A stretch of DNA of 64,000 nt from Hypanus sabinus (taxonomy: Eukaryota). The first letter of the stretch is position 1; the number at the start of each line of letters is the position of its first letter. The notes under the pieces were generated by a model. That model did no database searches, had not been told where the DNA came from, and worked only from the letters and a program-made list of their open reading frames with translations. The position numbers and the translations under genes are program-made. This document shows positions 14,151-27,021 of the stretch, piece by piece. The stretch lies in NCBI RefSeq assembly GCF_030144855.1, contig NC_082725.1, positions 30,814,001 to 30,878,000 of the forward strand, read 5' to 3'.

Positions 14151-14729
14151 ATTAGAAAACTCTCAGCTTTTGCTTGTTAAAATAACACACATTAATATTT
14201 ACTGTGGTTGCAAAGTGCTGTGCCACACCATAAAAATGATGTAGAAGTTGCTATATAAGTACACACCCACCACTGGTGCTTAATTTAAATAAAGGTAACA
14301 GAGTTTTAAATAGTTGTGACATCTGCCCATATGTAGGTTACAAATGTACTCAATGTAATTCATGAAAAGTTTTTGTTAGGAAGAATACAAGGAAACATGG
14401 CAGAGTTTATGAACTCTGCTCCTTACTTTGCAAAGCTCATCAGACCTATGACCACAGGGAAAGAGATGAAAGTATTACATAATGGACCTTTCCTGAAACA
14501 AACATGCACAAGCTATGTTGTATCACTGTTGTTACCTGAAAGGAACCCTGGCATATGACAAAGGGTTTTGCTATCCAATATGTATGGTGGATATTTTAGT
14601 CGACTTCCTGAAGAGTGACTACATAGACTGGTTACAGTTTCTGCTGAGAAGTGAGTGCACTGCATACCATGTTCTTCATTAAATGTCACATCTCTGAAGT
14701 GCACCCTGAAGTTCCAGTCCTCTCAATGC

Positions 14730-15500
14730 CCACTTCTTCTACATCCCCGCTGAACATCGACCACTCCTCAGTAGAGATCGTTAAGAGCACCAAATTTCTT
14801 GGTGTTCATCTGGCAGAGAATCTCACCTGGTCCCTCAACAACAGCTCCATAACAAAGAAAGCCCAGCAGCGTCTCTACTTTCTGTGAAGGCTGAGGAAAG
14901 TCCATTTCCCATCCCATGCATTCTCATCACATTCTACAGGGGTTGTATTGAGAGCATCCTGAGCAGCTGCATCACTGCCTGGTTTAGAAATTGCACCATC
15001 TCGGATCGCAAGACCAGGGAGCGGATAGTGAGGTCAGCTGAGAAGATCATCGGATCTCTCTTCCAGCCATCACGGACATGTACACTACACGCTGCATCAG
15101 TAAAGGAAACAGCATTATAAAGGACCCCACGCACCCCTCATACAATCTCTTCTCCCTCCTGCCCTCTGGGAAAAGGCTCCGAAGCATTCGGGCTGTCACA
15201 ACCAGACTATGTAACAGTTTCTTCCCCCAAGCTATCAGACTCCTCAATACCCAGAGCCTGGACTGACACCTTGCCCTATTGTCCTGTTTATTATTTATTG
15301 TAATGCCTGCACTGTTTTTGTGCACTTTACGCAGTCCTGTGTAGGTCTGTAGTCTAGTGTAGCTTTCTCTGTGTTGTTTTTTTACGTAGTTCAGTCTAGT
15401 TTTTGTACCGTGTCATGTAACACCATGGTCCTGAAAAACATTGTCTCATTTTTACTATGCACTTATGGCCTAAATGACAATAAAAGTGACTTGACTTGAA
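14730..15500 (+). mobile_element. Rex1/Babar LINE 3' fragment
   Basis: KFLGVHL...KAQQRLYFL, FYRGCIESIL, LLPSGKRLRSI; ends AATAAAAG(TGACT)n. Confidence 0.88.
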
Positions 15501-16479
15501 ATCCTCTTGTCACAGACACTGTTGTCTTCCTTGCTTTTCTTTGTCCTTCTTATTTACTTTGAACCATAATTTCAAAGCAAACAACCCTGCATGATCATAG
15601 TTACAATAGGACAATATCCTGACAAATACCGTCTGTGCTCTCTCCATGCATCTACATCCTTGCTATGGACATACACGTAGTAGTTAGTAAGCAATGTCTA
15701 CTTAAAAACTTGATTTTTTAAGCAAATACTTATTTTTGAACTGTAAAGGTGAAAGCAAAAAAAAACAATTGGCTTGTCTGCTGATCAGCATGGATGCCTG
15801 CTTAGGGTCATTTCTAACCTGTTATAGATCAGATATTAGTGCTGATCAGTATGTTAATTCAACAGTTAATGGCTCTTTCATGAACTATGTTTTTGAAGTA
15901 CAATATCGTCATGAGGTACAATATTCTAGGAATAGGTAAGATGCAGGTACTTGGCATCTTAGTGGGTATGTTTCAAGCACTTGTCAAAACTGCAGAGATA
16001 AAAGTAACATCATAAACCTCTAGTTATAATAAACACAAGAAATTTTGCAGATGCTTAAAATCCAAATCAAGCATACTAAATGCTGGAAGAGCTCAGCACG
16101 TCAGACAGCATCCATGAAACTGAATAAATAGTCGGAGTTTTGGGCCGAGACCCTCCTTCAAGACTGGAACGGAAAGGGGAAGATGCCTGAGTATTTCTCA
16201 GGCTTTCTACCTATCGTCTGTTGAGATATTGACAGGATATGGGCAATATCTCACCAGCTTTGTAACCCAACACATAGTTTATTGAATAATGACATCATTC
16301 AAAATTAATTATAATAAATATTGATGATAATTATAAGATAAAATGAAGTATACAAAACTATATTTTTTTGTTTTTTATGCTTTGCATTTTAGTCCTCCCA
16401 CTAGATCCAATTTTAGAATATATTGCAAATTTGGCCAAGTAACAAACGAACAATCCATTTGTAACAGAGCACTTCTCAC

Positions 16480-16690
16480 CTTACAGCGTTCATATGACGT
16501 TTCTTCAGATTCTTGATAAACAACACTAAAGGATATGCTCTTTGGATCAGAAGAGAAGACCCAGCTAATGGTCAATCCACATTCTTCAACTGCAATAGGG
16601 ATAAGACTGTAGCAGCTGGATTTAATAAACAGTTCTCTGTTACTATTTCCGAACTGTCGAATCTCATCCACTGTGAGGGGTATTTTGAGC
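16480..16690 (-). CDS. FYCO1: FYCO1 coding exon (GOLD domain): (T)[57 protein letters not shown]...CK
   Basis: Lies inside ORF 16375..16761. The motif [20 protein letters not shown] matches FYCO1. Acceptor TTTCCATCGTAG, donor AAG|GTGAGA, 211 nt, phase 2 to 0, compatible with both neighbouring exons. Confidence 0.95.
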
Positions 16691-17963
16691 CTACGATGGA
16701 AAGAAAACAAATAATGTTTCAACAATACCTTGCATTTATATAGACATTGCTGATGTAGCAAGATATTGCAAAGTACTTCAATAGAGCGTTATTGGGCACA
16801 ATTAGTGAGTGAGCAATAAAAGAAGTATGAAACTTTGATCAATATGGTAAGGTTTTCAGAAGCATTTTATAGGAGAGTCAGAGAAACAATGTAGAGACAG
16901 AATTCCATAGTTTGTGGTCTTGACAGTTGAAGACATGGTCACTGAAAGTGGAGTAATAAGCATCACTACTGCAAATGAAGTTATAATTGGAGGTGCACTA
17001 AGATCTCACAAAATCTACAACAAAACCATAGATTATAGAGACCTGGCACATGAGACCATGCAGAGATTTGGAAACAAATATGAAAACTTTAAATTTCAAG
17101 AGTTTACAGACATACAATTAAAAATGTGCACAGTGGATTGTGAGTGAGAGCTCATAACATAAAGGCCAGGATAATGGCAGCAAAATATATCAAACTACAA
17201 AGAATTCAATGTGCAGTAGTCAGTTTAGGTTGCATTCTTCAATTATAACTGAATACCGTGGATGAAAGGGGTATTTCTACCAACATTCTGCACTTGCTAG
17301 CACATTGATCTCCAACTAACTCTATCACTGTTCAGCTCTTCAAATTCACTACACCATATATATGCACGAGCTTTGTATAAGAAATTGTTGTAGTGGAGGC
17401 AAATAATCTAGAAGCATTTAATAAAAGGATGAAAGTGCAGTTGTGGTACTTAAAGCATTAAGCATCATCCTCAAGCATTATCCAAAGCTTCTTACTGCGG
17501 TTATTTCAATTCTTCACCCCCTGCAGCCAGGATGACCTCTCTGTCTTTAGTCTATTTCAACAAAGCTCAATGTTGGCTCAAAGAATAAAACCTCCATCTT
17601 AACTCAACTTCCCTTGTGTTCTCTCTACCCTCCCAACTTTATCCAGCCGACCCAACTTTCTCTACTTCTTTGATTTTGTTTGATTTCTGACTTTCCCAAT
17701 TCATATGAAAGGTTAACTATCAGGGATATAATATCATAATGTGATATCTGGCAATATCAGTTGACTGTATCAGAAGATTTGATTGTTCCTTTGTCAATTA
17801 AGGAACAACAACAGGGGTTCATATGGAATATTAGACTTCTTTCAGACATAGACTAAACTGATGGACTGCAATAATCTTCCCCGGTTCCTGAAAATTTCTG
17901 TGTTTTAAATTTACATGGAAAGCTTTCAGGTACTCACGTATTTTACCACATTTAAATACTCAC

Positions 17964-18074
17964 GTCATTTCACCACATTTCAACAGATTAATCTCCACAT
18001 CTTGCATAGATTGCCTAGATCCATCTTCAGCTGGAAGTGTTGCACCATCAACTGATGTATCGCAGGTTGGACTT
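17964..18074 (-). CDS. FYCO1: FYCO1 coding exon preceding the GOLD domain: SPTCDTSVDGATLPAEDGSRQSMQDVEINLLKCGEM(T)
   Basis: Acceptor TTTACTCTTTTCAG, donor AC|GTGAGT, 111 nt, phase 2 to 2. QDVEINLLKCGEM resembles human QDSEICLLKSGEL. Joins the 16690 exon in frame (AC+G = Thr). Confidence 0.88.
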
Positions 18075-19760
18075 CTGAAAAGAGTAAATTTGTATAGCTA
18101 AATGGACAGTACGTGGATGCTTTCAAGGGGGCTCAAAAGAGGTTCACCAGGATGAGAATATTAGCTATATGGCCAAACTTGGATTGTTTTCTTTGCAGTG
18201 TTGGAGGCTGATGGATGACATGAGAGAAGTATATAAAGTTACAAAGGCATAGATAAGGTGGGTTGTCATAGTATTCTTCCCGGGGTAGCAAATGCCAAAA
18301 ACTAAATGACATGGAATTAAAATGAGAAGGAAAAAGTTTAAAGGAGATTTTTAACACAGAGAATTGTAATGTCTGGAATATGCTGCCGGGGAGATGGAAG
18401 CAGATATGACAGCAACATTTAACAGGTAATTAGACAGGTAAATAAGCAGCAGATGGTGGAATGTAGACCATGTGCAAGCAGATATGATTAGTTTAATTAT
18501 GCAATACGGCCAGCAGTCAGCAGAGACTTTACTCTTTTATGTTCTAGTGTGGCGATTAGAACTACACACATGTGTGGACTAGCTCAGGTTTTGTAGAACT
18601 GTAACATGATGTCTCATCTCTTATGAGAGTCTCACACAAGAGCCTTGAGCAGAAATAGCAATTATTCCTTTGTCTCCTTAAATGTTGCTTGTCTAGCTAA
18701 TTCCCTCCAGCTCTTTGATCGTTGATTAACATGCATGATTAAGGCAATCAATTATTATTGTTGTGACTCTGATGAGGACAGGACAGGTTGCATCTTTTCT
18801 TCTAAACATATTAACAACATGGCATTAATTCCATTGTTCAGTTTGAATAGGTTTGCATGGTCATGTGGCCTTCCCAATACAGCAATCAGAGTGACTTGTG
18901 CCCCAAGACAGAAAATACTGGAAACACTCAGCAGATCAGTCTATGTACATAGAACTAGAAACAGAATTAGCAGTTAACTTTGAAGAACATAATATGCAAG
19001 GGTCTTTGATCTGAAATTTTAACTGTTTTCTTTTCCATAGATGCTGCTTGACCTTCTTAGCTTTTCCAGCAATTTTTGTTTTTATTTGGGTTTCCAGCAT
19101 CTGTGTTTTTTCAATTTTCATTTCTCATGTAACAAATATGTTTGCACACTTCCAAATTGAACAATATTCAGCAATAGGCGCACCAAACAACATATGTTAC
19201 ATAGTCAAAACTATATGGCCAATACATAAGCTAGAACTAGTGACTTATAATACAACTATTTTTATACTTCATGCTCTACACGTCAAAGATTTTTTTTTGT
19301 CCTGCTCATTCTGTCCTGGCATTTTCAACATCTGTGAACATATCTGTACTATTCCTGCAACCTTTTCAAAATGGTACTATTTGCTAATCTTTTTACTCTT
19401 ACTACTGAAATGTATTGCTTCAGATTTCTCAGTCACCGATGTGTCTATCTTAAATACGTAAATAATTTGATTATTATCACGTACTGAGGTACAGTGAAAA
19501 GCTTGTCTTGCATACCATTCATAGAGATCAACTCATCACAACAAGGTAAAACAATAACAAAGTACAGAATGAATTGTTAAGACTACAGGGAAAGCATGAT
19601 GCAGGTAGACAATAAGGTGCAAAGTCAAACGAGGTAGACCGTGAGGTCAAAAATCCATCTTATCACCAAAGTAAGTTGTTCAATAGTTTTATAACAATGG
19701 GATGGAGGCTGCCTTTGTGTATCACTACTTTATGATTTTTTTTTGCTATAATCCTTACAG

Positions 19761-20871
19761 TAGTGGTTACCAACCTTTTTAAACCCAAGATCCCCTACCT
19801 CGGCCTCAGTGAAAGGCAAGATTGACTCCAAATCGATTAGTTACACGCATGTGCACCGGGGCAGAAAAGACCGGAAGTAAAAATAATGTATGAACACCAG
19901 GGGTGACCACCCCTTATTTTGGCACCGTGCACTGGTTTAATATTCACAATATTTTTGCGGACCGGCTGACGATGGTGGGGGGAGGGGGGGTGCTAAACGC
20001 GACGCATGTTCCTTATGTCCAGTCTATTCCGCAATTTAGTTTTCGTGGCTCTCAGCTTCTGTCCCACTCGCTCACGTTTTTTCCGCTGGAAAAAAACTCA
20101 ACGGGTTTTTCGGGCAGGGTGCTTGGACTCAAGGTACCAAAGCAGTTTTGAGGGCTTCATTGCCTCATTAGTCAGCCTCCGGGCCCAAACTCCAGCCTCC
20201 TGCCCGCCCGCCGCCAGTCGCGTTGGCCAGGTGTGGCTGTTCCCACGCCGGGGCCGCGGCGGTCGCAGTCCGGCGAGAGTGACCAACTGAGCGAGGAGTG
20301 CATTAGGAGTGCTCTCCCAACCCCTTGTAGGATCTATCAGCTGACAAAAGTTTGTTTCAGTAGATCACAGTGAGGTAGCTGCTCTGCTGCTTATGAAACC
20401 CTGAGCCCAAATGAGGTCTGTGAATAGTTTAGCACCGGGTTCCCCACGAACATTTGGTGTGATAGACAGGTTTAGAGGTGGCATCCATTTGTCCACACTC
20501 CAGGCCAGTAGCAATGGCACTTCCCGGCGGCCGGTTACCCAAGGCCAACCAGTGATCCCTAACACGCTTGGGTAATGAGCTCGCGTATATTCAAGTCCAA
20601 CAGTGGGCGTGACAGGGAACGAGGAAAGGTGCAGCTGACTCATATCATTCCCTTGCTGCCTGGTGGTTGGGGACACTAAAGTACACCGTAGTGCATGGTG
20701 GGGGAGCTACACACATGTGCACCAGGCAGAAAGAACGGAACTAAAACCCTGTAACCCGGAAACAATCTCTCAACAGTATTTGTGTATTTCTTTTTCTTTT
20801 TTTTCCGGGATCTGTTGGGAAAGTCTCAAAGATCGACTAGTCTATCGCAATCGACGGGTTGGCAACTACTA
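19761..20871 (-). mobile_element. hAT (Charlie/Buster-type) non-autonomous transposon
   Basis: Perfect 8-bp TSD CCTTACAG (19753-19760 and 20872-20879). TIRs TAGTGGTTACCAACC and GGTTGGCAACTACTA. BED-finger remnant LTNEAMKPSKLLWYLESKHP on the minus strand. Confidence 0.9.
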
Positions 20872-21214
20872 CCTTACAGTTTACCACATGAATGAGTTTT
20901 ATGTCATCTGTGAACTTCAAGTCCATTGTTCATGTAATGCCTTCTCTGGGAGAGAGGTTTCAATGATAAAAATAAATGTATTCTTTCCACTTTTGAAATT
21001 ATTTTCAGTACATTAAACTGAGAAGCAATCTCACCAAAACACTGTTAAAAACAAAATAAGGATTAAAGGGAATCTGTACATATATTTTTCATGCTGGTTG
21101 TCGAGATTTATTTTTAACATTTCCTTCCTGTAACTGTTTATTTCGATTCTTGTAATTGTTCCACCTTGTATTCAGTTTCTTTTTCTCTTTGTTTCGTAAC
21201 CTTTTGCCTCAACA

Positions 21215-21960
21215 ATTAATCTGCTAATTAAATTTGTGGATGATATTACACTGATTGGCTTTATCTCAAATAATAACGAGACAGCCTACAGAGAAGAAGT
21301 CATCAGCCTGACACATTGGTGTTAAAAAAACAATCTCTTCCTCAATGTCGTATAAACAACGGAGCTTGTTATGGACTACAGGAGGAATGAAGACAGGCTA
21401 ACCCCTATTGACATCAATGGATCTGGGGTTGAGAGGGTGAAAAGCTTTAAGTCCCTTGCCATAAATATCACCAAGGATTTCACATGGTCTGTACATACTA
21501 GCTGTGAGGTGAAAGAGGCACAACTGCACCTCTTTAACCTCAGACAGTTGAAGAAGTTTGGTATGGGCCCCAAATCCTAAGAACTTTCTACAGGGGCACA
21601 ATTAAGAGCATCCTGACCGGCTGCAAAACTGCCTGGTATGGGAGAGTGGTGCGGACATCACAGCGTATCTGTAGATGTGAAATTCCCACTATTCAAGACA
21701 TTTGCAAAGACGTGTGTGTAAAAAGGGCCTGAAATATCATTGGGGATCTGAGTTATCCCAGTCAATGGCTGCTACCATCTGGGAAATAGTACTGCAGCAT
21801 AAAAGCCAAGACCAACAGTCTCCAGGACAGCTTCTTCCACCAGGCTATCAAACTGATTAATTCACACTGATACAATTGTAATTTTATATTATATTGACTG
21901 TCCTGTTGTACAAACTATTTATTACAAACTACTACAAATTTCACATAGCACATTTTCAAC
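21215..21960 (+). mobile_element. Rex1/Babar LINE fragment
   Basis: KFVDD remnant; MDYRR...INGSGVERVKSFK...LKKFGM. Confidence 0.8.
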
Positions 21961-23284
21961 AGAGACATAATGTAAAGACATAACGAAAATCTCACATGCA
22001 CACCTGTGAGATTTGGGGGTTCCATGTGTGAAAAAAAAGCTGTTTGAAACTTGATCTTCAGTTCATAGAAAAACGAGGACAGTTGAACAAGAACAAAGGC
22101 AAGGAAGGTTGACAGTCAGTCTCTGGATGAGAATTTCGGGATAAATGCTATAATGGTGTAGCAGCAAAGTTTAGTGTTTTGGCATGATGTAACTTAGGTC
22201 ACAATGGAGATATGGAGCCCTAGTTACAGCACTCAACACCAGTTTTGGAAAACTTGGCAACAGTGTTCTGTGCTCAGAGGGAGCTGAATGTCTGCCTGTA
22301 CAATGTTGGACCTGGATGATGGGGCGGTGAAATGAGGGACTTGATAATATTTAGAACAAGTTCAGGGGAAAGAATGTCTAAAGAATGAGGCTTGCAGGCA
22401 GCTGATACCAGGGTAAAAGAAAACAATTTAAAGGATTCGTATTCAGTGGTGTGAACAAGAAAAAAGATACGTTAGGTAGATAGATGTAAAGTTACTCATT
22501 TTGCAAACAATTGGACAGCCAGGATAAGAACATTCTAGTGTGACCAAAATATAACAGAGATATAAATTCAGTTTTGTCAAGAAGGTTCTAGGCCCTGAAG
22601 GAACAGCTGAAGGTATTTTAAAGCTGCTTAATATAGGGTTTGATTTACTACATCAATATAAAAAAAGAGAAAAAATCAGATAAGCAGGTAATCTTGAAAT
22701 TTTAGGTGTCTGTAGAATAAAGTAATTAAAAATCTTAAGAAACTAAATATATTTAGGAAAGAAGGAATCAACTGCAAAAAATAGAATGACTATCACATTA
22801 GTAAGATTAACTGGCAAAAATTGTTATTGAACAGAGTGCATTTTTTGGAGACTATGGGTTATTTTTCTGTTTCTAAATGAAGAAATACATATGGACACCA
22901 TGTTAGTATCAGCAGACTTTGGACACAGCTATTTCATACACAGCTAGGACCCAGAGTTAATAGCAAACAATAAAGCTGATTTTATACCAAAGGTGCTACT
23001 TCTGAGCTCAAAGCTCTGTTAACAACTATTTTTAATCTGAAATGTTGTCTTCCAAAGATGATGAATACATCAATAGTAGAGTGTATTACAGGCCTAAATT
23101 TGGATGGCACGTGTATAAAATGAGTCCTGTGATACTCATACTGCTCCAGGTTTTATGTTCAATCAATGCAGGCCTCTTCTGCTACGGTCATTTCACATAC
23201 ACATACCCAAATTACTACTGCAAACTTTCCACTCTCACCAATATCATACATAATGAGGACTTACCTCTATTTGATGGACATCAC

Positions 23285-24425
23285 TCTTAAAACATTTTCT
23301 ATCAATGTACCTGTCTAAATGTCTTTTATATGCTATAACTATACTCAACTCTGCCAGTACCTCCGGCAACTCTTTCTGTATACCCATTATAGTCTGTGTG
23401 GAAAAAATGCCTCTCAGATCCCTTTTAAATCTTTCCCCTGTCAACTTAAACCAATGCCGTCTAGTCTTAAATTCCTCAAGTCTATGAGAGACTGTGATCA
23501 ATCACCTTATCTATATCCCTTGTGATTTATAAACCTCAATAAGATTACCCCTTAATCTCCCGTGCTCAAAAGAGAAAAGTCCCACCCTATTGAGTTGTGC
23601 CTTACAGGTCATGCTGTAACATCCTCAGGAGTTTTCTTCCTGCACCCTTTCCAATTTAATACACCCAGACAACCAGAACTGCACACTCTAATCTAAATGC
23701 AGTCTCACCAATGGCTGGTACAGCTGTAGCACAATGTTTCAACTTTTGTACTGAATGCCCAATGAAGGCAAGCATGCCAACCACCTTTTACACCATCTTA
23801 CCTATGTCTCCACTATCAGGGAAATATGTACAAATTGCTTGGTTCTACAGCACTTTCCAGGGTGCTGCCATTTACTGTGTAAATCCTGCCCTGGTCTAAT
23901 TTACCAAACTGTAACACCTCACACATGTCGAGTTAAATTCCATTTATCATCCTCTAGTCCACCTACCCCAGTGGGTCTAGATCCACTCATAAGCACCCTC
24001 TACACTGTCCACTACACCACCAGTTTTTGTATTTTCTAGAAATCATGTTGACAACATTGTTATCCAAATCAATAACATGGCTCAAATCAATAACACTGAT
24101 TCCTGTGTTTTTCATATTGGCCTCCAACCCTTCACTTCCACCTTCAGCTTGCTTCTACCAAGCCAATTATATGTATGTATCTACCTATCTATCTATTAAT
24201 TAATTTGTATCCAATTAACTAGCTCAGACTGGATTCCATGTGAGGTAACCTTCTAGACCCAATCATTTGGAATACGGTCAAAAATCTTGTTGAAGTTCAT
24301 GGTCTTCGAAAACTTTATGGTTATCTGTCTACCCTCCTCAATTCTCTTGGACACATCTTCAAAAAGTCAATCAAATTTGTGAAACATAACTTACCATGCA
24401 TAAAGTCATGCAGTCTAAACCTAAT
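23285..24425 (-). mobile_element. CR1 LINE fragments (continue at 25453-25920 beyond the Tigger insertion)
   Basis: TRRHWFKLTGERFKRDLRGIFSTQ and degenerate RT sequence on both sides of the Tigger element. Confidence 0.75.
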
Positions 24426-24430
24426 CAGTA

Positions 24431-25450
24431 CAGACAGTCCCCGAGTTACGAACGTCTGAATTACGGACAACTTATACTTACAAACCAAGGAAGGAGAACA
24501 CTGTCCGCCATTTTAAGTTGGATCGCGACACCATCTGCCATTTTGAGTCGGATCACGACGCTCTCCGCCATTTTGAGTCAGATTGCGACGCTGTCTGCCC
24601 TTTAAAGTCCTCGCCGTTGACACTGTATTGAGTGTGTAACTTTGTATTTGGCTTAAATTTTTCTTAGCAAGATTCACCCTTACCCCCCTCCCCCCTTTCA
24701 GTTGGCTGGTGGCGCAGTCAGATCAGCGTTGGGCTGGAGAAGAGGTTCCTGAATTCGATCCAGTGACAGACCGCTCCCGTGCCTGGTTGATGTTGATCCA
24801 GTGACTCCCGTAGCATCTGTGCTGGGTTGATGTTGAGCTTGCAACTCGACCTCATAAAAAACACTGCCACTTCCAGTTTAAATCCCCTCGCGGAATATTG
24901 TGGAGAATCAAATATCCAAACCCCGCATAGCCTCCACTTGTCCCATTTAACCTGTCTCAGTGTGATGGACTTTCAGACCCAGGGAATTCAGTACAGTTGT
25001 CCTTAGGACCCAGCGGACCTCGGGACCCGCGGCCTGCAGTGTTTCTGTTCCATTGACTAGAAGCAATCGCAATTGAAAATAAAGTGGAAATAATAAAGCG
25101 ATCAGAAAGAGGTGAAACACCATCGGTCATTGGAAAAGCATTAGGCTACAGTCAGTCAATGATGGGGACAATTTTAAAGGATAAAGTGAGAATAATGGAG
25201 CATGTGTAAGGCCCTGCCCCGATGAAAGTTACAATTATTACTAAGCCACACAGTGGTTTAATCATTGGAGTACATATGTTTCTTAAGTATTTTTTATGCA
25301 CAGAAAGGTAAAATATATACTATATACTAAGACAAACATTTGACTGACTGACGCTAAATAACACCGGATGTACTTGTTACGACTTACGTACAAATCCAAC
25401 TTAAAGACAGACTCAGAAACGGAACTCGTTCGTAGCCCGGGGACTGCCTG
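24431..25450 (+). mobile_element. Tigger/pogo non-autonomous DNA transposon
   Basis: TIRs CAGACAGTCCCCGAGTTACGAACG and CGTTCGTAGCCCGGGGACTGCCTG, flanked by TA/TA. CENP-B-type HTH remnant IENKVEIIKRSERGETPSVIGKALG at about 25070-25200. Confidence 0.88.
24498..24610 (+). repeat. 30-bp tandem repeat (about 3.7 units) inside the Tigger element
   Basis: Unit approximately ACGCTGTCCGCCATTTTGAGTCGGATCGCG. Confidence 0.85.
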
Positions 25451-27021
25451 TACTTGCTTTTCCAAATGTAAGAACATGTTCCTTAGGATCTCCTCCTTTA
25501 ACTTTGCCAGTACTGATTTCCTCACTGGCCTATAGTTCTTTGGCTTGTCCTTTCAACCTTTCTTGAAAAAAGGCACCACACTTGCCACCTTCCACTCTTT
25601 CAATACTTCACCTTTGACCAAAGAAGATATAAATATCTCTCTGAGTACCCATGAAATTTCTTCCCTAGCTTCTCTCAAAGCCCAAGCATACACTTGGTTT
25701 GGCCCAAGAGACTTGCCAACTCATATGCTTCAAGACTGCGAGCATTTATAATGTGGGTATGTCCCACAATATCATTCAGCACATACCCTAATTCCTTAGT
25801 TTACATGACCTTCTCCACAGTAAATACAGATGAGAAATATTCACCTAAGATCTTTCCCATCCCTTGAGACCCTACTGAACATTAAGGAGAACTATTCTCT
25901 CCCTAACATCCATATTGCTCTTAAGGATCCAGTCAAGATGTCACCTACGTACAACGCTCCTTCAGTCGGCATCTGGATAGATGATGAAACTATGTATTTC
26001 ACTTTTTTTTACGTCTTTTATGCTTGTTTTACATCTTGAACGTATTTCTGGGACTGTTGTCGAGTCTGTGATTTGCCATTTGGAGATCATTTTGGTGTTT
26101 CAGCACTCTGCAGTCTTCAAGGAGATTCTGGAAGGCTGAGGCAGCATGCGGGAACCTTGTGGCGAGAAGGCTGCAAGTCGATGTTCGACTCCATTTCACT
26201 GGTGAGATTGCTCTGCTATAGAGAGGGAGACTGTTGTCCAGGTTTTCTGCGTTTTGAATGTGGACTTCATTCAGTCTTACGGTTTTTTTGTATTCTGGGT
26301 TTTTCACCCGATTTTGCTTGGGGGTGGGGGATTTGGGGGTCATTTTGTCTTTTACAATTTTGTTCATTTTTTTGGGTGGGGAGGAAGGATTTGGGAGTTG
26401 ATGATCGTACTGCCTTGCTTTTCTTTCTTAGTTCTGTGGCTATCCGGAGAAGAATTTCAAAGTTGCCAACTTTAACAATAAATGAACCCTTGAGCCTTTA
26501 AATCTCTTAAGATTCTACTTGACCTCATTTGCCAGAAGTCCCATAGTCCAGCAACAAGACGGTGTATGACTATTAATTCATGCTCAAACACAGATTTTTC
26601 AAGGGTGATCAAGAAAGATTAATTTCCCTTAGAACAATTTCAGTAATTATGGTGCATTTTATTTGTTTATCCAACGAGTAATGAGAGGTCTGAAACTCAC
26701 TTCCTGAGATAGTAGTTCAGACAGAAAATCTTATCATGCTTCAAAGTACCTCAATAAGTAAAGTCAAAGGATTCAAAGTACATTTATTATCAAAGTGTGT
26801 AGAAATTATTAAAAACACAAAATGCTGTCTGGCCTGCTGAGTTCTGCCAGCATTTTGTGTTTGTATTGACTTCCAGCATCTGCAGATTCACTCGTGTTGC
26901 CTTTGTGTAGAAATTAAACAACCTTGAGATGTGTCTGTTTACAGGCAGCCACAGAAAAAGAAACAAGAAAGAACTCAATTAAAAAAAGACCCAAATTGTA
27001 AAGAAAGAAAAAAAACAAATC

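Noticed and set aside
14373-14730. Non-repetitive segment with short ORFs and splice-like sites
   Set aside because: No recognisable protein, and the flanking FYCO1 exons already join in frame without it.
16375-16761. 128-aa ORF as a stand-alone gene
   Set aside because: Only 16480-16690 is exon; the flanks are intron beyond the splice sites.
19048-19461. 137-aa hydrophobic ORF
   Set aside because: Begins in a Penelope-like repeat and runs through AT-rich intron; no family motifs.
24498-24610. 30-bp periodic repeat as a CRISPR-like array
   Set aside because: Contiguous tandem units with no unique spacers, inside a eukaryotic transposon.
24705-24770. tRNA gene
   Set aside because: Only A/B-box-like remnants; no full cloverleaf could be built, so it is SINE-like.
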